Part shown: piece after piece, positions 54,231 to 58,714 of the stretch
How the letters are laid out: each line of letters begins with the position of its first letter
How positions within the stretch are numbered: the first letter of the stretch is position 1
Notes under the pieces: model-generated
What the model was told of the DNA's origin: nothing
What the model saw: only the letters and a program-made list of their open reading frames with translations
Database searches by the model: none
Made by a program: the position numbers and the translations under genes
Origin: a virus
Lineage: Duplodnaviria > Caudoviricetes
Direction: 5' to 3' (one strand)
IMG/VR virus record: IMGVR_UViG_3300043399_000459
Span: 1 to 58,714 of that record
Length of the DNA stretch: 58,714 bases

Positions 54231-56273
54231 TCACTCGTAGAAAATTACGCTGCCACCCGTCAGTTTGAGCGGCCCGTCCGGCTCGCGGCTGATCTTCTGC
54301 ACGGCGCGCATGACCGTCTGGCGGCGCGTGTCGCGCTTGTCCGGGTCGGGTGCGGGCATCGTGTCGACGGCGGTGCGGATGAGGCGCTCAAGCGACACAG
54401 CGTCGTCCTTGCCGAACGTCGCCATGGTCTCGATGACGTGCGTCTCGATGGCGCCGCGGCGCTTGACGCCCTTGCGGTCGCCCTCGACCTGCTGGGCCGG
54501 CTCGGCCTCAAGCACGACGCAGCTCGTGATGTCGTCGCCGTCGTCGTCCAAGCCGAGCACGACGGTGTCGAGCTTGAACGGCCACTGCAGGCCGTCCGTG
54601 CCGTCCTTCTGCTTCGTCAGCTTGATCTGCCGGTAGTTCGTGTCCAAGTCGCGGCTGACCTCCAGCTCGGCGTCTACGGCCGCCTTGATGCCCGACCAGC
54701 CGCGCGAGCCGCGCGCGAGATCCTTGCCGGCGTGGTGGACCAGCTCGACCGTCGCGTCCGTCGCCGTGCTGATCGTGCGGCAGTGCGACAGTGCTAGGCC
54801 CATGTCCTCGCCGGCGTTCTCGTTGGCGCCGGGTGTCACCTGCGCGAAGGTGTCGATGATGATGAGCGCGATGTCGTTGATCGTCTTGAGGGCCGCGATC
54901 AGTTCGGTGACGTCCTCCTGCTCGAGTAGGTTGGGGGGCACGGTGATCAGGCCGATGTCGAGCACTGCCGGGTCCACACCGTAATGCTGGCAGGCGGCCA
55001 GTATGCGATTGCCGTACCCCCCGGCGCCCTCGGCCGCGACGATCACAACCTTACCGCGACGCGTCTTGTGACCACGCCACGGCGTCCCCTGTGCGATCGC
55101 CAGCGCCATGTCGAGGGCGACGAAACTCTTGCCCGAGCCGCTTGCCCCATAGAGCAGGATCAAGTCGGCGGCGGGCAGCACGCCCTTGATCAGCCAGTCG
55201 ACCGGCTTGCGCCGGGTGGCCGTCAGGGCGGTGCTGATGGGAAACTTGCCCGCGTATCCTGCGGGCGTCTGTACGCCGAGAGCTGGCTCAAGGTCCGCCA
55301 CCATCGCCTCGGCGCGTTCGATGATGGCGGCGCTCCCCTGCGCCTGCTGCGCCTCCTTGACCATCTTCAGCACGCTGGCCATGGTCACCTGCCTACGGCG
55401 TGTGCCTGCCCGGCGGTCGAAGCCCTCCCACTGGGCGCGTAGCGCCTCCTCGGACGGGTACTTGCCGCCCTGCTCTGACCAGTCGTTCCAGACATCGAAG
55501 CCCTCTTCGGCTCCGTCCGTCTCATGGTGGATGGCCATGCCGACCCGTATCCAGCCGTCGCGGTCCATGTCGGCGTCGAGCTGGCTGACCTTGTCGGCGA
55601 TCTCCTCCAGCGAGAGGCCGATCTTCGGCTCATGCCCGAGCATGAAGTCGTCGGGGTCGACCGGCGCCGGGCCTTCGCCTGCGAAGCGGGTGCGGCAGTA
55701 GTCGATGACGCGGGCGGGCAGGGGCGCAACGCGGTCCTCCCAGCCCATCAGGTCGATGTGGTCGAGCATCCAGCCGGTGACGGTGACGAAGCCGTTCGAG
55801 CTGAACACCTCGGCTCCGAAGCGCTCGGCCGTGGCGGCAGACTTGCGGTTGCCGAGGATGTCGGCCGCGCCAGTGAAGAAGGCACGCACGCCTGCGCCGC
55901 TGGGCGACAACTCGGCATAGGTGCCCTGCACGAGGTCCAGCACGGCGTCGTCGACCTTGCCGTCCACGACGCAGTGGTCGAAGTCGAGGGCGACGATGCC
56001 CGCGTCGGGCGTCAGGGCGAAGCCCACGCCGTCGAGGCCGCGCCGGGCTGCCGCCTCACGCGCGACGGCGAAGGTGGTCAGCTTGGCCAGATCCGACGGC
56101 GAGCCCTGCTGGCCGTAGCGCCTGCCGCCCATGCTGTACTGCGGCACCTTGCGGGGCTTGGCCTCGCCCTCGTGCTGCTCGTAGGCCCACGTGAGCCAGA
56201 GCGGCACGTCCCGCAGCGGCGCAGGGACGTGGATGTCGCGAATGTTGGGCGAAATACGTTGCACGGCGCTCAT
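54231..56273 (-). CDS. Primase-polymerase / PriCT / AAA (RepA-like) helicase fusion
   Basis: ALDFDHC, ELSPSGAG, WIRVGMAIH, YGASGSGKS, IIDT, HHAGK...RGWS. Confidence 0.9.
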   Translation of the reverse strand: MSAVQRISPNIRDIHVPAPLRDVPLWLTWAYEQHEGEAKPRKVPQYSMGGRRYGQQGSPSDLAKLTTFAVAREAAARRGLDGVGFALTPDAGIVALDFDHCVVDGKVDDAVLDLVQGTYAELSPSGAGVRAFFTGAADILGNRKSAATAERFGAEVFSSNGFVTVTGWMLDHIDLMGWEDRVAPLPARVIDYCRTRFAGEGPAPVDPDDFMLGHEPKIGLSLEEIADKVSQLDADMDRDGWIRVGMAIHHETDGAEEGFDVWNDWSEQGGKYPSEEALRAQWEGFDRRAGTRRRQVTMASVLKMVKEAQQAQGSAAIIERAEAMVADLEPALGVQTPAGYAGKFPISTALTATRRKPVDWLIKGVLPAADLILLYGASGSGKSFVALDMALAIAQGTPWRGHKTRRGKVVIVAAEGAGGYGNRILAACQHYGVDPAVLDIGLITVPPNLLEQEDVTELIAALKTINDIALIIIDTFAQVTPGANENAGEDMGLALSHCRTISTATDATVELVHHAGKDLARGSRGWSGIKAAVDAELEVSRDLDTNYRQIKLTKQKDGTDGLQWPFKLDTVVLGLDDDGDDITSCVVLEAEPAQQVEGDRKGVKRRGAIETHVIETMATFGKDDAVSLERLIRTAVDTMPAPDPDKRDTRRQTVMRAVQKISREPDGPLKLTGGSVIFYE

Positions 56274-56286
56274 CTCAACCCCTCAG

Positions 56287-57738
56287 TCATATCAGCGCGA
56301 TAAGGTCGTCGACCATTTGAATGCGTTCACCGATCCAGCGCATTACTGGCACTGCCATGCTGTTGCCCAGCGCCTTGTAGCGCGGGCCATCAGGACACTG
56401 GTCGGCGTTTTTCTTGCGCCACGGGATCGCCGTGAAGCCATCAGGAAAGCCCTGCAGTCTTTCACACTCGACAGGGGTGAGGCGGCGCACCGCGCTGGCG
56501 GCAACATAGCTGCGGCTTGATCCACCGCTCGCTGCGCGGATGTTCGCTGTATCGTGCGGGCCTTCAAATTGGGCGCCGCCTTCTCGACCGCGCATATCAA
56601 AAGCCACGGCAGGCGTTTGCGACTTGATGAGCGCAGGTGCGAACCCATCAGTCACTTCAAGGTTTTGCGTTGAGCCTCTCTGCCGTTCAAAAGCCACCAC
56701 ATCCGGGCCTCTGTCCGCGCACGAGCTGCTGTCATAACGCCGGGTCAAAGTGCGGGCGGTGCCATCTTCGCTGAACGTGGCTACCGCTTGCGGCACGGTG
56801 CGTGCCTCCATTGTGTACGCAACATCGTCGCTGCGTATTCCAATACCGTCAGGACCAGCATCGGGGTTCTCGCTAATCGCGCGCTCCTGTATTGCGTATG
56901 CCACACAGGACGCAGTGTCCTGATCATTACGCGCCGCTACCGTCTTCGACACGCCTGAAGTCTCCTGCTGGTTGTAGCAGTCGAACGCTATGACGTTTTC
57001 GTCCTTGTTGTGGCCCGTGCCTGAGTTGGCCAAGGAGGAGGTGATCGCATTGGCGGTACCAGCAGCCCACTTTACAGAAGATCGCTGCCCTCCGGCAACC
57101 GCTGCAAAGTTGTCGCTGTCCTCTCTGTGACTGCTCTGAGACTGCGCTCTAAGGCTGCGGGCAACGCCTTGCCCCTTTTCTCTGCGCGGCGCAGGATGCC
57201 CTGACAGGCTGTGGCGCTCAAAAAGAACCGCTGCGGCACGGCGCCAGTCTCCAAGGTATCCGACAACAAACACACGGCGGCGTCGCTGGGCCACTCCGAA
57301 GTACTGAGCGTCCAGCACTCGGTAGGCGAGGCCGTACCCGAGGTCTTCCAGCGCCCCGAGGATGGAACCAAAGTCCCGTCCTCCGTTCGATGACAAGACA
57401 CCGGGGACGTTTTCCCAGACGATCCAACGAGGCCGCTCTCTCTGAGCAAGTCGGCAAAACTCAAGCGCGAGGTTACCACGCTCGTCGTCCAGTCCTCCTC
57501 GGAGGCCTGCGACGCTGAAGGATTGGCAGGGTGTCCCGCCAACGAGGAGATCAATTTTGCCATACTGGTTCTGCTCAATAGTGGTGAAGTCGCCGTGTAG
57601 GGGAACCTCCGGGTAGCGGTGTTCTAGCACCGCCCGGGGAAACGCCTCTATCTCGGAAAAGAACGCAGGCTCCCACCCCATGTGGTGCCACGCCATCGTC
57701 GCGGCCTCAATGCCGCTGCAAACCGATCCGTAACGCAT
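56287..57738 (-). CDS. C5-cytosine DNA methyltransferase with expanded variable region
   Basis: SVCSGI, GGTPCQ, WENV, QRRRR, RRLTP.ECERLQGF, ALGNS. Confidence 0.93.
   Translation of the reverse strand: MRYGSVCSGIEAATMAWHHMGWEPAFFSEIEAFPRAVLEHRYPEVPLHGDFTTIEQNQYGKIDLLVGGTPCQSFSVAGLRGGLDDERGNLALEFCRLAQRERPRWIVWENVPGVLSSNGGRDFGSILGALEDLGYGLAYRVLDAQYFGVAQRRRRVFVVGYLGDWRRAAAVLFERHSLSGHPAPRREKGQGVARSLRAQSQSSHREDSDNFAAVAGGQRSSVKWAAGTANAITSSLANSGTGHNKDENVIAFDCYNQQETSGVSKTVAARNDQDTASCVAYAIQERAISENPDAGPDGIGIRSDDVAYTMEARTVPQAVATFSEDGTARTLTRRYDSSSCADRGPDVVAFERQRGSTQNLEVTDGFAPALIKSQTPAVAFDMRGREGGAQFEGPHDTANIRAASGGSSRSYVAASAVRRLTPVECERLQGFPDGFTAIPWRKKNADQCPDGPRYKALGNSMAVPVMRWIGERIQMVDDLIALI
57072..57578 (-). 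CDS. Overlapping +1-frame ORF in the methyltransferase (EcoHK31I beta-like)
   Basis: LSDTLE...VPQRFFLSATACQGILRRAEKRGKALP motif; start uncertain. Confidence 0.65.
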   Translation of the reverse strand: MSRTSMAKLISSLAGHPANPSASQASEEDWTTSVVTSRLSFADLLRESGLVGSSGKTSPVSCHRTEDGTLVPSSGRWKTSGTASPTECWTLSTSEWPSDAAVCLLSDTLETGAVPQRFFLSATACQGILRRAEKRGKALPAALERSLRAVTERTATTLQRLPEGSDLL

Positions 57739-57749
57739 TGCGAGAAACC

Positions 57750-57995
57750 TCAGATGATGCTGGTAGCGGCCCGCATGTCAAGCGCGCTGCGGACGGAGGG
57801 CTCGACGATCTGCTCGCTCATGATGCCGAAGATCGCCTCGATGACGACGGCGCGCTCAAGTGGCACCCAGCCGCGCCGCATCCAGTTGTAGACGGCCTGA
57901 TGGCTGACGCCCATGGACTTGGCGAACTTGATGATGCCGCCGCCCCGCTGGATGGCCTCCTTGATGGCGGCGACGCGCTCTTCCTTGGTGGTCAC
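57750..57995 (-). CDS. Cro/YdaS-like HTH regulator
   Basis: GGIIKFAKSMGVSHQAVYNW..RG.VP. Confidence 0.85.
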   Translation of the reverse strand: MTTKEERVAAIKEAIQRGGGIIKFAKSMGVSHQAVYNWMRRGWVPLERAVVIEAIFGIMSEQIVEPSVRSALDMRAATSII

Positions 57996-58264
57996 TGGAA
58001 TGTCTGTCCCTTCTTGCCGATGCGGCCCGTCTCTGGGTTGCGGAAGTGGCCGGTGGCGATCTTCTTGCGCAGCTTGGCGATCTCGTTCTCGGCGAGCAGG
58101 AGGCGCAGCTCCTTCTCGCGCAGGTTGCCGTCGATCTCACCCAGCTTGTATTCATAGGCGTCGACGCGCAGCTCCAGTTCGCGCAGGTTCTCGCGCGCCC
58201 GGCACAGGCGGCTGCGCTCCCTACGCAGGGCAGCCCACGGCCAGATGATGTCTGTGATGCTCAT
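57992..58264 (-). CDS. Hypothetical coiled-coil protein
   Basis: GAGG RBS; C-terminal RNPETGR. Confidence 0.7.
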   Translation of the reverse strand: MSITDIIWPWAALRRERSRLCRARENLRELELRVDAYEYKLGEIDGNLREKELRLLLAENEIAKLRKKIATGHFRNPETGRIGKKGQTFQ

Positions 58265-58557
58265 GCTTCCTCTCCCTGCTCGACCGGGACTACCTCCGCG
58301 ATCAGTTCTGCCAGCTTGACGTAGCTGCGGACGGTGTCGATCTCGTCGACGCAGTTGTGTGGGCCGTGCCCCTCGAAGAGGCTGAGGCCGGTGGGGTAGT
58401 CGACGGCGTAGAAGCTCGTCGGCTCGCCGTAGACGTGCACGTTGAAGTGCGCCGGGTCGTCGCGGCTGACGGGTTGGCCGTCCCACTCGATGCGGATAGG
58501 CGCGTCGGTGATGCGGGCGAGGTAGCCGTTGACGGTGTCTTGGATGTAGTCTGACAT
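58261..58557 (-). CDS. Hypothetical early protein
   Basis: GGAGG RBS after promoter copy 1. Confidence 0.75.
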   Translation of the reverse strand: MSDYIQDTVNGYLARITDAPIRIEWDGQPVSRDDPAHFNVHVYGEPTSFYAVDYPTGLSLFEGHGPHNCVDEIDTVRSYVKLAELIAEVVPVEQGEEA

Positions 58558-58714
58558 GGTGGTCCTCCGTTGCTGATGGCTTCCTATGCCACGTTCAATC
58601 GGCGGTTGCAAGAGGCTAGTTATCCCTGAATGCTGAGAGGGCAGATGCGATAGCCCACGTTCAGCACTGTGCCATTGCCATACTGGCACATGTGATCCCC
58701 GTTCTGATACCACT
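58552..58714. repeat. Terminal direct repeat / circular overlap, right copy
   Basis: Matches 1-163 with one mismatch. Confidence 0.97.

Noticed and set aside
57738-57752. Possible sixth promoter/leader copy (GTTTCTCGCAA) before the methyltransferase
   Set aside because: Only a partial match, with no TTGCAA at the expected spacing.
1-58714. Integrase, tRNA or rRNA genes
   Set aside because: No recognisable motifs or cloverleaf structures seen by eye; a tRNAscan or HMM search could still find one.

Overview
This window is a complete, circularly closed genome (about 58,551 bp; 163-bp terminal overlap) of a GC-rich, short-tailed (podovirus-like) dsDNA phage. The host is most likely an alphaproteobacterium, judged from a GapR/DUF2312 gene, the promoter style and a CCUCCUCCC hairpin. 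The minus strand carries early and replication genes (about 44.2-58.7 kb and 0-5.7 kb): C5-methyltransferase, primase-helicase, DUF2800 nuclease, DUF2815 SSB, family-A DNA polymerase, VRR-NUC, SNF2 helicase and a dense chain of micro-ORFs. The plus strand (5.8-44.2 kb) carries an extra AAA/RepA-like gene, then packaging, head, tail, lysis and ejection modules. No integrase, tRNA, CRISPR array or reverse transcriptase was seen. Main observations: (1) Two related inteins in the DNA polymerase each hold an HNH-type homing endonuclease in a different reading frame (+1 and +2), while the intein frame stays open. (2) A long hairpin covers the polymerase ribosome-binding site, and its loop is antisense to a leader shared by five early promoters, which suggests an RNA switch. 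(3) An ORF-less 261-nt group I intron splits the major capsid gene, which is flanked by two free-standing endonucleases. (4) The methyltransferase has an overlapping alternate-frame ORF and tandem TRD-like modules. (5) A 27-aa peptide gene is duplicated with only synonymous differences in its core. Protein family names come from motif recognition by eye, not from database searches.
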